64,000 nucleotides of DNA from a virus. The stretch covers positions 1-64,000 of IMG/VR virus record IMGVR_UViG_3300036770_003326. One strand, written 5' to 3'. Of this stretch, positions 1 to 10,966 are shown piece after piece. A program made the position numbers and the translations under genes. Each line of letters opens with the position of its first letter. Positions within the stretch are counted from its first letter, which is position 1. The notes below the pieces were generated by a model. It made no database searches. It saw only the letters and a program-made list of their open reading frames with translations, and was not told where the DNA came from.

Positions 1-22
1 TATCGGTAAGTAATTTTTCCAT
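1..22 (-). CDS. 5' start of a gene running off the left edge (next large virion/ejection gene)
   Basis: ATG at 22 directly after the stop of the 1273-aa ORF; reads MEKLLTD to the window edge. Confidence 0.5.
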
Positions 23-24
23 TA

Positions 25-3000
25 TTAACACTTTTTAAATACATTATCTTCATTAGTAAACATTTCAAAATCTGGATTTCCAGGAATTGTAGTTGCTGCT
101 ACTAATTGTTCTACAATATTATTAAAATTTTCTTGAATAAATTGATTTCTAAATGCAGAGTTTTCCGTAGTAGTTGTTTCTACTTCAGTATCTACTTCTG
201 ATTTTACAATAGCATTTCTTAGTTCACGTAAATGATTAGGCATTCCTGGTTTCCATGACGGGAGTCTTCCTATAAATACATCATTATGATAAACATTAAT
301 AGCAATATTATCTGCAGAAGGATTTTGAGTTTTGTTAAACTCATTGTCTGCTATTTTAAAAGTAGCTTGAATATCATTTTCTCGTAACTCTTTATTACTA
401 AGAAAGTTAGGATCATTTATTATTTTAGTATCTACAGGTTGATCAGTATTTTCTTTATCTAAAAATTTTCCTGATAGTTCATCTCTTTTAGGAGCTCCGT
501 CTACTATTTCTTTATCATGGGTAATAGGAATAGTAGCGTAATCACTTACATTAGATCCAGGTTGATAAATACTTGTAGAATGTAATTCTTCTACTATAGC
601 TCTGTATTTTTCTGCTATTGATGTTGATTCTGTTTTTAATGGTGCAGGCTGTGAAGCATCTTGAGGGTCTGCATAATTTAATTCTGACGATTGATTAGCT
701 TGATTAGTTCTTTGTGCTGCAGAAATAACTTGAAAAGCATTTAGAATTCTATTTAAACTTGTAGGATCTGTTACAGCAAGTTCTTGAAGTTCGTCAACAG
801 AAGTGATAGAAACAGGGGTTCCTTGTGCTTCTAGATAATCTAAGATGGCATTAAATAAACTAGGGCTTTTGCTTAAAGCATCTATTATTACGTCTGTATT
901 AATAGGTACATCACCTTTAGTTGTTTCACTTAAAGTAACTCCAGGAGCGCCACCAAAAATACTGCTGAATTCTGCAGCTAGTACATTTGCTATTTCATCT
1001 TCTATTTTATTATCTACTATATCGCTATCAGGGTCTAAAGATTCTATATCTTTAGCAGCTGCTTTAGCTCTATTACTAGATCTAGCTTTTAATAATTCTT
1101 CTTCAGCTTTTCTTTTTTGCTCTTCTATAAATATTTCTTCTCTTCTATTTTCTAAATCTGTATATAGATTTATAAATTTTTCAGCTCCTTTAGCAGTAAA
1201 CATTGTATTAAACATTGCTGCTACTCTAGCTTTTTCTCTTTTGATTCTAATTAAATCTTTAATAATTCCTTGAGCTTTGGCTTTATTTTCATTAAATCCT
1301 ACAGGATCTGAAGACCTCCACTCTTCCATTATAGCTTGATATATAGAATTAGTATTATCAGCAAAATCAAATTTTTCATCTTTATCTAAAGCAATAGCTT
1401 CTGCCTTAATCATATCAGTTACTTTAGCATCTATGTTAGTAGCTGTTACTCCTGATAATTCTTTTTCTAATTCTTTTTCTCTTTTTCTTAAATTATTAAT
1501 GCTGCTATCTAAAGAAATCATTTGATCTTTAGCTGCTTCTGTTAGGTTATTTATGTACATAGCCCTAGCAACAGGATCTTTAGCAAGTTCTTCGCCTATA
1601 AAAGCAGCTGCTTTTTTCTGTAAGCTAGAATAATTTTTATTAATAACTCTATCTATTATAAGATTTTGATCATTAAACATTGTATTAATGTCTTCATGAG
1701 ATTTTATAATAGATTCTGTACTTTTTCTTGCTTTATCTAAAGTAGCTTTTCTAGTTTTTTCATCAAATTTAAAATTACCGTCTGGTGTTTTAAATGTATA
1801 TAAATCATTAAACTCATTTATATCCATTTCTTCAAGAGCATCTAAATCTTGATAAATAGTATCTGCTATGCCGTTTTTATATCTAGTACTAACAAAAGAA
1901 TGCCAATAAGCATGCTCACTATTTTTATAGTGGAAAGTATCTTTTTTGCCTAATGCTCTATCCATGTCTGCTTGTAGTTTACTACTTCGCAACATGTTTT
2001 CCATATTATTTTTTAATACAGGTTGTATAGGAGTTTCTTTATATTTTTCAATAGTAAGCTTATCTCTTTCTCGTGCTTTTTTAAACTCAGACATACTTTC
2101 TTTGATACCACCATACCATCCTATTCCAAGTTTTACTCTTCCTGTAGCTTCGTCTACTTTAACAGGTAATCCTACTCCAAACATTCCCATAAGACCTCCT
2201 ATAGTAATAGAGTCTTGTCCCTCTGTAGAATTTAAATATCCTCTGGTTGCTTTTAACATAGCATTAGAAAATCCTACTGAATTTTGCATTGCATCGTCAG
2301 AATACAGAGAAGAGTAGTAGTCAGCATAACCGTGTTCAATTACACCTTGTGAAAATTCTTCAAAGCCTTCTGTTACTCCTCCTTTTCCAGCTACCATAGA
2401 ATAACCTACAATTTTTTTAGCTAAACCTGCTTGAGAAGCTTTAGTAACCAACTGTCCAGTTGTTTTGTCTATAGTGGTTCCTAATAGTGGATTTTTAATA
2501 GGATTAAGTTTTGCTAAAGATTGAGACATTCTATATCCTTTATTAAATATAGAAGGCAATTGTATCATCTGAGAAAATCCTACTAACGGTACGTTAGTAA
2601 ACCAAGCTAATTCTCCTGCTTGTTCTGCAGCATAAGAAGCTCTAGATAATACTGACGGATCTATAGATTGTTCTATTTGCGCTAAAGCATCTTTTTCAGA
2701 AACACCGTTTTCTATTAAATTTTTATAAGTACTTGCTAATTCAGGATTACTATCTATATGTCTTGCTAATACGTCTGATTTAGTTCTTTGATATGTATCT
2801 CTAGCTATTAAACTAGATTCGTATCCTGCTTGTCTTACAAGTCCTGTACCTAACATAATACCTTGTCGATATTTTTCTGTTAAGTTTACTATTTGACGAG
2901 CTTTCTGCATATCAGATACTGCATCTAAGCCCCTCATTACTTTTACTGACTTACTAAATAAACTAGTACCTTGTGCTGCAATTCTTGCAGTATTAGCAGC

Positions 3001-3846
3001 AAATGCAGGAGCCGCTGCTCCTAAAGTTGTAGCAGTAACTGCTCCCACAGCTAATTCACTAAGAACGGCCGACGCTACAAATCCTACTGCTGGTACTACA
3101 TCATTATTAATAGACTTCATTGGATTAGTTGCTAGCCTAGCAAAAAATCCTTTATCTCCTTCATAGTAATCACTGCCTCCGTATACAACAAACTTTTTAT
3201 CTAACCATGCATCTGCATCTGACCAAAGATCCATAGCACCATTGTTAAATATATTTTGTGCATCCATAGTTAATGCACCTTTGAATAAGCCATATATTAA
3301 TGGAAGTAATCCTGTAACTCCCATTGCTACTTTTCCTACTAATTTATCACTGGTCTTATAAAGTTCTTCAAAAAATCCTTGATTCTCATCTAGTTCGTCC
3401 AAGAATTGTTTTTGTTTAGCATTATAATTTTTTTCGTAGTAATTTAAATATCCTTCTACATCTTTATCAAATCTAATGGCGTATTTATCAGGATCTAATA
3501 ATTTTACCATCTTAGAACCATGCTCTTCTATATAAGCTTTACGTTCATTTTCATCAGGAATAGCTTTAGCTAAATCTACTTCATTATAAAGATCATATGC
3601 AGCAGCACTTGTAGTAAAGTCTGTATTTTTAATACTAGGAGTAAAAGGACTATCTGCAATAGTAGAAGTAAATGCTGCTAAATCTTTATCTTTAGGATCA
3701 TCTGGTTCTTTGTATATATTATATGGTTTATATACAGGTAATGTTTTTATAAGATCTACATTAATAGGGTCTTTTCCACCATTGTCTTCTCCAACAGTAC
3801 TTGGGCGATTGCCAAAACCTACTTCTTGATTTTCTGACTCTGCCAT
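25..3846 (-). CDS. Large virion cargo/ejection protein with hydrophobic segments (crAss-like)
   Basis: 1273 aa; Gly/Ala-rich hydrophobic helices in the N-terminal half and coiled-coil C-terminal part; lies downstream of tail genes as in crAss-like phages. Confidence 0.65.
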   Translation of the reverse strand: MAESENQEVGFGNRPSTVGEDNGGKDPINVDLIKTLPVYKPYNIYKEPDDPKDKDLAAFTSTIADSPFTPSIKNTDFTTSAAAYDLYNEVDLAKAIPDENERKAYIEEHGSKMVKLLDPDKYAIRFDKDVEGYLNYYEKNYNAKQKQFLDELDENQGFFEELYKTSDKLVGKVAMGVTGLLPLIYGLFKGALTMDAQNIFNNGAMDLWSDADAWLDKKFVVYGGSDYYEGDKGFFARLATNPMKSINNDVVPAVGFVASAVLSELAVGAVTATTLGAAAPAFAANTARIAAQGTSLFSKSVKVMRGLDAVSDMQKARQIVNLTEKYRQGIMLGTGLVRQAGYESSLIARDTYQRTKSDVLARHIDSNPELASTYKNLIENGVSEKDALAQIEQSIDPSVLSRASYAAEQAGELAWFTNVPLVGFSQMIQLPSIFNKGYRMSQSLAKLNPIKNPLLGTTIDKTTGQLVTKASQAGLAKKIVGYSMVAGKGGVTEGFEEFSQGVIEHGYADYYSSLYSDDAMQNSVGFSNAMLKATRGYLNSTEGQDSITIGGLMGMFGVGLPVKVDEATGRVKLGIGWYGGIKESMSEFKKARERDKLTIEKYKETPIQPVLKNNMENMLRSSKLQADMDRALGKKDTFHYKNSEHAYWHSFVSTRYKNGIADTIYQDLDALEEMDINEFNDLYTFKTPDGNFKFDEKTRKATLDKARKSTESIIKSHEDINTMFNDQNLIIDRVINKNYSSLQKKAAAFIGEELAKDPVARAMYINNLTEAAKDQMISLDSSINNLRKREKELEKELSGVTATNIDAKVTDMIKAEAIALDKDEKFDFADNTNSIYQAIMEEWRSSDPVGFNENKAKAQGIIKDLIRIKREKARVAAMFNTMFTAKGAEKFINLYTDLENRREEIFIEEQKRKAEEELLKARSSNRAKAAAKDIESLDPDSDIVDNKIEDEIANVLAAEFSSIFGGAPGVTLSETTKGDVPINTDVIIDALSKSPSLFNAILDYLEAQGTPVSITSVDELQELAVTDPTSLNRILNAFQVISAAQRTNQANQSSELNYADPQDASQPAPLKTESTSIAEKYRAIVEELHSTSIYQPGSNVSDYATIPITHDKEIVDGAPKRDELSGKFLDKENTDQPVDTKIINDPNFLSNKELRENDIQATFKIADNEFNKTQNPSADNIAINVYHNDVFIGRLPSWKPGMPNHLRELRNAIVKSEVDTEVETTTTENSAFRNQFIQENFNNIVEQLVAATTIPGNPDFEMFTNEDNVFKKC

Positions 3847-3848
3847 AA

Positions 3849-6800
3849 TTATCTTATTGTTTGACCTGGAGGAATAATTCTATTAATACTATTAGTAACT
3901 GTACCATTACTATTTAAATAAAATCCTGGCACAAAATCTATATCTCTAAATCCTGCCATTGCTTTAGGAATATCTTGTATACGACCTGTACCGTAAGTTA
4001 AATCTAAAGTTAGTAATGCAGTAGGTAAATTACTATTTACTTGGTCTAAATCTTTAGATGTTACATATTCATTATTAGTAATAACTCCTTGTTCATTTTT
4101 TGTTAACTTATATACTTCTGCATTTACTTTACCATCTGCTACTGTGTATTTAATAGAAAATCCTTCTGAATTTTTTTCATCTATTTGGTTCCAAACTGCA
4201 GGTGGCTGCACAAATGTTTTAAACTCATTTTGTTTTATACCATCATTAATTTCTGAAGCAGCAGCCATATATAATTCTCTTCTCTTAGAATCTGAAACTA
4301 ACCATATAGGAGCAAAGTTTCCAGTAGCAATTCTAGCAGCTTCTTGACCATCTTCTGTTCCTAATTTAATACCATTAGTTACTATTTCTTTATATTTATT
4401 TTGTGCATCTGCAACAAAATCAATATTAGTTCCTTCTACTACTACATAAAGGTTATCAGGATTTTTTTGTTTCCAAGCATTTACTTGAGAGTCCGTAACA
4501 AAAGAAGATCCTTTTGCAACTTCATCTTTATTTATTCCTGTTCCTGTACTTAAAAAATTAGCAACTGCTCCTTTTACAGTAGCAGGTTTTCCTACAAATT
4601 CTTCTTTAATATTAAATCTTAAAATAGTATTACCATTAGGATCTTTTCCTACAAAATGCGGCCTATCTGTATTATAAGCACCAATACTATAATCAGTATC
4701 TCCTGATGTATTTTCTAAAGTTAATCCATTTGTAATATTAGCTCTACGCATTGCTGTAGAACCTGTAGTATTAGCCAATACTTCTTTTACAAGTTCAGTA
4801 CTTTTGTTATTAGTAAATTTCCCTAGAGACTCGTTCATAGTAACTTCTAGAGGATTTAATACTTCTGGATTATCAATTTTTAAATTAGTTTGGTATTGTT
4901 TAAAAATTTGTCCTAACATTATAGTAGCAAAATCATCTTGAGTATTTCTATATTTACTTTGTGTAGAAGTAGTAATAGTTTTTGCAGGAGGTTGAACTAC
5001 TGTATTTAAAGCTGCTTTTAACTGAGGATTAGCTTCTAAATTATTTATTATATTTTGAGGATTAATATCATAAGTAGCCGCAGTATAATCATTTAATAAA
5101 TTAGGGTATTTTTCTGCAAAAGCTTTTGTTACTGCTGCTTTATTAGAATTTATTCTAGTAGCAATTTGAGTACTGCTTAAATTAGGTAACGGTGCAGTAG
5201 TAGTAGCCGTCGTCGGTTTTCCTGCAGCATTTAATCCTGTTTTCATATATTGCTCTCCTGCAATTATGTTCAATTCTTCTATTACTCCGTATGGATTTGC
5301 ATTTGCAGAAGGTTTGTAAGTAACAGGATCATAGCCATTTTTCAAAAGAATAGATTTTATTTTTTCTTTATCACTATCATTTAAACCTGTTGTAGCAGTA
5401 TTCATAAATCCTTTTTCAAAGAAATTATTTTTTATTAAAGTCTCTGTAATAACATTACCAGTCATTTGCTCTGTAGCAGTCAAGCTTAATCTGTCTGTAA
5501 TAATTTGATTAGCTAAACTATTTTTTTCTGCCATTAAAGATTTACGTTCTTCAGGACTTACTGCTGATGCCATTCTATTATTTAATGCGGCAATTTTAGC
5601 TTGGTTGTCACTAATAGATTTATTGTATTGATTTTTTATATTTAAAAAATTATTAGTGCTTTGTATTATTTGTCCCTGCGTTTTTTCAAAGTCTGCATTT
5701 AAAGTAGCTAAATCAAATGTTTTAATTAAAGGACTAGTTGCTAAAGTAAAAGCAGATTGTAAATTTTGTTTTGCGCTATTTAATGGGTCAGCTGTCCCTA
5801 ACATAGCAGGTATGTTAGTCTTAGGAAAAGTAGAAGATTGTCCTGCACCTACGGAAGTAGAAATGGTACCTATATCTGCTATTGCTTCAGTAGATTTTTT
5901 TCTAGCAGCATTTTGTGCTTCTGTATCTGTTTTAATTTCTAAGTCTACTCCTGTAGATCTATAATCAACTATATCAGCTGCTGTGTAAGCAAGTCTATCA
6001 AATTGTCCTAATGCATCTTCTTTATATAGTTTTTTAGCAAAATCATCGTAAGTACCATCAGCAATAGCTTGCTGATAATCTTTTTGTAATTCAGTTAAAT
6101 TAGTATTTAATTTTTTTAAAGCTTCAGGATTATTATTATTTTTCTTTACGTAATTTATTTGATCTTGTATTTTTCTAACAGTTCCTTGATAAATTTGATT
6201 TTTAAATGCATCAGGATCTATATCAGCACCATTAGCGTAAGCTGTTTCTGTTTTATGATTATTATAAAAATATTCTCTATCTGCTTTATCTAAAATATAA
6301 TCTTTAAATCTAGATTGTCCTTTTAAAAAATTTGCTACTTCTTTTTGCGTAGAATCTAAGTCCCTAACTTTAACAGTTCTCTTTAAAAGATTTGCATCAA
6401 ATCCGTTAGTACTTCCTAAATTTTGTATAGATTCTTCATCATTCGATGCTAGCATTCCTGCTAATTTTAAAGATAAATCTTGCATCTCCTTTTCTCTATT
6501 TTCTTCAGGAGGCCTAGTATTTATACTAGTATATTTTTGAGTACCAGGGTCATATCTGGTTCCACCAAAAGTATTTTTAATTTTATAATCCCAAGTTTCT
6601 AAATCTTTTTGATCTATCTTTCCTTCTTTTACTCTTTTTTCTTGCTCATCGTAAGCTTTCTTATAAGCATCATAATTTCCTACAATAGCTTTAGTTTCTA
6701 AATCTTCAGTAAATGATTTATTTAATTTTTTTAATTGTATAGCAGCTTGTCTATAATTTCCTGTTCTTCCTAATTCTTCTGCAATATAATCTGTTTTATC

Positions 6801-6995
6801 TTTTAATTCTTTTACAAGTTCTTTTCCCCTAGGATCGTCTTGAGATAATCTTGATATATTATATGTAGCATCTTCTAATGCAAGTTTAGTAGCATCGAAT
6901 TTACTCTGAATATCAGAAAGAGGCTGCATTAAATTTTCTAAACCTAAAGGTTTGTATTCAGTTTTAAAAGGAACATGAAAAGGTGTAACTGCCAT
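3849..6995 (-). CDS. Large virion cargo/ejection protein
   Basis: 1048 aa, helical, tightly packed with flanking large ORFs. Confidence 0.6.
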   Translation of the reverse strand: MAVTPFHVPFKTEYKPLGLENLMQPLSDIQSKFDATKLALEDATYNISRLSQDDPRGKELVKELKDKTDYIAEELGRTGNYRQAAIQLKKLNKSFTEDLETKAIVGNYDAYKKAYDEQEKRVKEGKIDQKDLETWDYKIKNTFGGTRYDPGTQKYTSINTRPPEENREKEMQDLSLKLAGMLASNDEESIQNLGSTNGFDANLLKRTVKVRDLDSTQKEVANFLKGQSRFKDYILDKADREYFYNNHKTETAYANGADIDPDAFKNQIYQGTVRKIQDQINYVKKNNNNPEALKKLNTNLTELQKDYQQAIADGTYDDFAKKLYKEDALGQFDRLAYTAADIVDYRSTGVDLEIKTDTEAQNAARKKSTEAIADIGTISTSVGAGQSSTFPKTNIPAMLGTADPLNSAKQNLQSAFTLATSPLIKTFDLATLNADFEKTQGQIIQSTNNFLNIKNQYNKSISDNQAKIAALNNRMASAVSPEERKSLMAEKNSLANQIITDRLSLTATEQMTGNVITETLIKNNFFEKGFMNTATTGLNDSDKEKIKSILLKNGYDPVTYKPSANANPYGVIEELNIIAGEQYMKTGLNAAGKPTTATTTAPLPNLSSTQIATRINSNKAAVTKAFAEKYPNLLNDYTAATYDINPQNIINNLEANPQLKAALNTVVQPPAKTITTSTQSKYRNTQDDFATIMLGQIFKQYQTNLKIDNPEVLNPLEVTMNESLGKFTNNKSTELVKEVLANTTGSTAMRRANITNGLTLENTSGDTDYSIGAYNTDRPHFVGKDPNGNTILRFNIKEEFVGKPATVKGAVANFLSTGTGINKDEVAKGSSFVTDSQVNAWKQKNPDNLYVVVEGTNIDFVADAQNKYKEIVTNGIKLGTEDGQEAARIATGNFAPIWLVSDSKRRELYMAAASEINDGIKQNEFKTFVQPPAVWNQIDEKNSEGFSIKYTVADGKVNAEVYKLTKNEQGVITNNEYVTSKDLDQVNSNLPTALLTLDLTYGTGRIQDIPKAMAGFRDIDFVPGFYLNSNGTVTNSINRIIPPGQTIR

Positions 6996-6997
6996 GA

Positions 6998-9900
6998 TTA
7001 GATTTTTTTCTTCTTATTAAATAATCCTGCTGTATAGGAACCAAGTTGATCTAAAATAGTATTGTACTCTAAATTTCCTGCAACATCTGGTGCAAATATT
7101 TTAAGTTTTTCTAAATCAAACTTATTTTTAGCATCAGTTTCTATTTTACTTTTAAGGCCTGATAATGCTTCATTTAAATGCGCAGCTTTAGCAGCTTTAG
7201 CCATTTTATTATATTGAGTTACTACTTTTAATGCTTCGTCTTTACGTTTTTTGTTTAAACTATCTGTTTCTGATTTTATTTTAGCATTAGTGTTTTGCTC
7301 TAATTCATCTATTTTAGAAAGTCCTTCAGATAATTTATTTGCAGTACTTTGGATATTTGCTAAATAAGCACCACCTTGAGTTTTACTTTTAATATCTTTT
7401 TTAAGACCTGCTGCAGTATCCCTCATTATATTTCTACTAGTAGCATAATTTACTAGCTCAGGATTTATATCACCTGAATAAATATCATTTAAATTCATTT
7501 GATCAGGTCTAGATAATCCTTGATAAAGATTATACATAGATGGAGCCATACTTAAAGCAAAAGCAGGTAAACTTTCTTTATACTTTAAATTAATTTTAGC
7601 CATATCTAATGCTTGTTTTCTAGCATAGTTTTCTCTAGCTGTTTGCTTTTGTTCTTCTGTAAGATCTTCTCCAGTATTTAATTCTGGTATTTCTGAATCA
7701 GGTACTGAATCAGGCATAAAAGCTGTTAGGATACTATTGCTTCCATCTATACCTTCTACAGGAATCATGTTTGGTTTATTAGTATTTACTGTAGGAGTAG
7801 GTGTAGCTACAGGTGCATCTAAATCATCTGGTAAATCTATAAATCTAGTAAAATAACCTGTAGGAGAAAAATCTTCTGTAGTAGTATTATTTTGAGTACT
7901 AATAGTTGGTGTATTAGGTAAATTAAGACCTAGTATTTTCATTAATTTCTCATATGCCTCTCCTGGATAATTTTCTTTTGATTCAGATATTTTTTGCTTA
8001 AAAGGCAATATACCTGTGGGAACATTTTCAGGTTGTGCTGCAGGTTCGCTAGGTTTAGTTGCATTTAAATTTTTACCAGTAACTTCTTCGTATTTTTGTA
8101 ATACATCCATTTCTGATAAAGTAGGTTCTGTAATTTTTCTTACATTATTAAATTGAACATCACCTATTTTATAAGTTTCTTCAATTAAATCTCCATTTTG
8201 GTTAGTTCTTACTAAATATTTATTTGGGGGATTCATATCTCCCCCATTGCTAAAAAAATTTCTAGTTCCTAGGTACCCTCCCATACCGTCTGCATCATAA
8301 TAAGCACTAAGACCTTTTCCCATAGTACCTCCCATTGCAAAGGTATCAGGTAGATCTATATAATCTGTTTCGTCTATTACATTAATAGGAGTATTTTTTC
8401 CTAAAGGCATTCCTGGTCGACCTAAAAAAGGAGTCATTGCATTAGTTATAGTACCTACGCCACCTAATATATTTTTAGTTTCGTCAGATATACCTTCAGT
8501 ATTTTGAATACCTTGATTAAAACCTGCAATACTATTACTAATTGCACCTGGTACATTTCCTGTTACAAGTCCTGATAATGAAGTTACTCCTTGAGTATAT
8601 CCCATTGCTCTTTTTTCTGCATCACTAAGAGTTGGATCTATTCCTTTATAAATAGCATCTATTCCTTGTGATACATAACCTCCAACACCTGGAATCATAG
8701 CAGTAGCACCTTTTAATCCTCCAACTATACCAGCTCCTAATAAATTATCACTATTATCTTCACTTAATACAAAACCTCTTCCTGGAACAAATTGTCCCCC
8801 TGAAGCATACATTCTACCTCCACATCCATAGCAATTTCCTCCCATAGCTCGCATGTTACTTTGCATTTTATTTAAATCTGCCTGAATTTCTTTTTCTCTT
8901 ATATAATCTGTATATTCAGGTGAAAGTGCTGTTATTTGACGTTGAGTCTGATATGGTAAAAAACCTTGATTTTGATTATTTAAATTTAACTGATTATTTA
9001 AATAATCTGCTTTATCTCTTTGTGCAACAGGAATAAAATTGGTAGTTAAATTAGTAGGCCCAGCAGTATTTACAGGACCTTCAAATTCATTAATAGGAGA
9101 TAACGGAGGAATAGGAGTATCATCGAATCCTCCATAAGTACCAAAGAATGGTGGTGGATCTCCTGCATATCCTCCATTAGGATACATATTACCCCCCATT
9201 GCATGTTGTACTTTATGAGGTTCTCCTTTAATACTTACTTTTTGATTTCCTGGAGTTCTATCAAATGCACCAGAAGCATGTCCGTATCCTAACCAAGCTT
9301 TATATGCAGCAGGAGATTTAAAATTCATTGAACCTCCACCTCCAAATGCAATATTACTTAAAGGACCTCCATAAGCCATACCTTTCATTGATCCTTCCAT
9401 CATAGGCTGTCCTGCCATTTGTCCTTGTTGCATTGCTGCTTGTTCCATCATCATCATTTCTTCAGGAGATGGTTGAGTAGGAGCCATAGAAGGTTGACCT
9501 TGTCCTTGTCCTGCTATTGCTGCTAATGCATTAGGATCTAGCTCATTAATTTCCTCAAGCTTTTTAGATACTTCAGCTTGCTTAAACATTTCTTGAGCTT
9601 CTTGCAATTTAGTAAGATTTCTTTCTATATTAGCTTGTTCTATTTTATCATCTACTCTTCGTGAATTACTTTTTTGCATAGATTTAGAAGCATCAGAAAA
9701 AGTTTTACCTACATAATTTTTAGGCAAATTAAATTCTTGTGCTATATCTTTTGTAATTTCTAGTCTATCAGAAAAGATGTAATCACCAAATCTAGTTTCA
9801 CCTTCTTCTACTAAATTAGGCTGACCATTAGGACCTTGTCCTACAGGAATTCCTCCTAAAGGATTTTCTTCGTGAGTTCCACCTTCGTTATATTCAGTCA

Positions 9901-10012
9901 ACATTCCGCCAGTATTATACATTCTTCCTCCATATTTCATATTAGAAAGAATATTTTGTTGAACACTTTGAGGTAGTGCTCTAAATCCTGGGTTATTAAT
10001 TCCTTTGTTCAT
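6998..10012 (-). CDS. crAss-like internal cargo protein with repeated xxxGG motifs
   Basis: 1004 aa; N-terminal GGTHEENPLGGI...VEEGET...IFSDRL block recalled from crAss-like structural proteins; low complexity with many [YF]xxGG motifs. Confidence 0.65.
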   Translation of the reverse strand: MNKGINNPGFRALPQSVQQNILSNMKYGGRMYNTGGMLTEYNEGGTHEENPLGGIPVGQGPNGQPNLVEEGETRFGDYIFSDRLEITKDIAQEFNLPKNYVGKTFSDASKSMQKSNSRRVDDKIEQANIERNLTKLQEAQEMFKQAEVSKKLEEINELDPNALAAIAGQGQGQPSMAPTQPSPEEMMMMEQAAMQQGQMAGQPMMEGSMKGMAYGGPLSNIAFGGGGSMNFKSPAAYKAWLGYGHASGAFDRTPGNQKVSIKGEPHKVQHAMGGNMYPNGGYAGDPPPFFGTYGGFDDTPIPPLSPINEFEGPVNTAGPTNLTTNFIPVAQRDKADYLNNQLNLNNQNQGFLPYQTQRQITALSPEYTDYIREKEIQADLNKMQSNMRAMGGNCYGCGGRMYASGGQFVPGRGFVLSEDNSDNLLGAGIVGGLKGATAMIPGVGGYVSQGIDAIYKGIDPTLSDAEKRAMGYTQGVTSLSGLVTGNVPGAISNSIAGFNQGIQNTEGISDETKNILGGVGTITNAMTPFLGRPGMPLGKNTPINVIDETDYIDLPDTFAMGGTMGKGLSAYYDADGMGGYLGTRNFFSNGGDMNPPNKYLVRTNQNGDLIEETYKIGDVQFNNVRKITEPTLSEMDVLQKYEEVTGKNLNATKPSEPAAQPENVPTGILPFKQKISESKENYPGEAYEKLMKILGLNLPNTPTISTQNNTTTEDFSPTGYFTRFIDLPDDLDAPVATPTPTVNTNKPNMIPVEGIDGSNSILTAFMPDSVPDSEIPELNTGEDLTEEQKQTARENYARKQALDMAKINLKYKESLPAFALSMAPSMYNLYQGLSRPDQMNLNDIYSGDINPELVNYATSRNIMRDTAAGLKKDIKSKTQGGAYLANIQSTANKLSEGLSKIDELEQNTNAKIKSETDSLNKKRKDEALKVVTQYNKMAKAAKAAHLNEALSGLKSKIETDAKNKFDLEKLKIFAPDVAGNLEYNTILDQLGSYTAGLFNKKKKI

Positions 10013-10035
10013 GACAGCAAATTTTTATAAAATTA

Positions 10036-10965
10036 TCATTTTTTTCTGTAATCTCTAAATATATTTTTTAAATTACTATCATATTTAGAATAGTAATTAT
10101 TTTGCATATTTCCTCCTTGAGCAAATTTAATAGGCTTTAATAAAGTTTCAAATAAAGGTTTTTCTATTTTATCTACTTGTTTTTCTAAATACTCAGATCT
10201 ACCAGCATTTTCCATAGCTTGTATAATCTCATGATTTTTATCTATTTCAGTAGTAAGCCCTAAACCTTTATCAAAATATGGTCTTACTTTTGGAAGAGAC
10301 GGAGCTTGTATATTATATACTGGTGCTTGTTGTTTATATTCTATAGGAGGATTTGAAGCTGCTTGTGATTTATATTCTTCCCATTGTTTTAGAATATTAG
10401 GATCATAGTTGCTAAGTTTATTTGGAAGAGTCTCTAATACTGTATTTACTTTTTTTACATAATCAGATTCTCCCCCAGCATATCCTGCTTTAGCTACAGC
10501 ATTAATGTGATCTTGTGGAGTTTTAGCATTAAAGACCCCATTCTTTTTATATCTTCCATTATCAATATAAAAATCTACTTGAGCTTTTATTCCGTCAGAA
10601 ACAGTAGGATACGCCCTCCATTTGTAGCTTTGTTTAGTTTGTTTATTTACCATATCTACTACTTGCCCTTTCCAATTTTTATCTGCACGTAGTCCTCCAA
10701 AATTATTATACTTAGAACTTAATTCTGATTTTCCGTAACCTGTTTCAAATAGTATTTGAGCAGTAATACCTAAAGCATTTAGATCTTCGTTAGCAGCTAT
10801 TCTTCCTGCTTTTTTAGCAGCCTGAATATTATTATTTACTTCGTCATATATTAATTTAGCAATATCATTAGTATTTGCTTTTTTAAAATTAAAACTAGTA
10901 ACTGGCGGATTTACAGTATTTTCCAAATTAGCAACTATATTATTATATTTTTCTGCAATAGTCAT
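10036..10965 (-). CDS. GH73 glucosaminidase (virion-associated peptidoglycan hydrolase)
   Basis: AQILFETGYG...NNFGGLRA...WRAY...RY...AGYA motifs typical of FlgJ/GH73. Confidence 0.85.
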   Translation of the reverse strand: MTIAEKYNNIVANLENTVNPPVTSFNFKKANTNDIAKLIYDEVNNNIQAAKKAGRIAANEDLNALGITAQILFETGYGKSELSSKYNNFGGLRADKNWKGQVVDMVNKQTKQSYKWRAYPTVSDGIKAQVDFYIDNGRYKKNGVFNAKTPQDHINAVAKAGYAGGESDYVKKVNTVLETLPNKLSNYDPNILKQWEEYKSQAASNPPIEYKQQAPVYNIQAPSLPKVRPYFDKGLGLTTEIDKNHEIIQAMENAGRSEYLEKQVDKIEKPLFETLLKPIKFAQGGNMQNNYYSKYDSNLKNIFRDYRKK

Positions 10966-10966
10966 A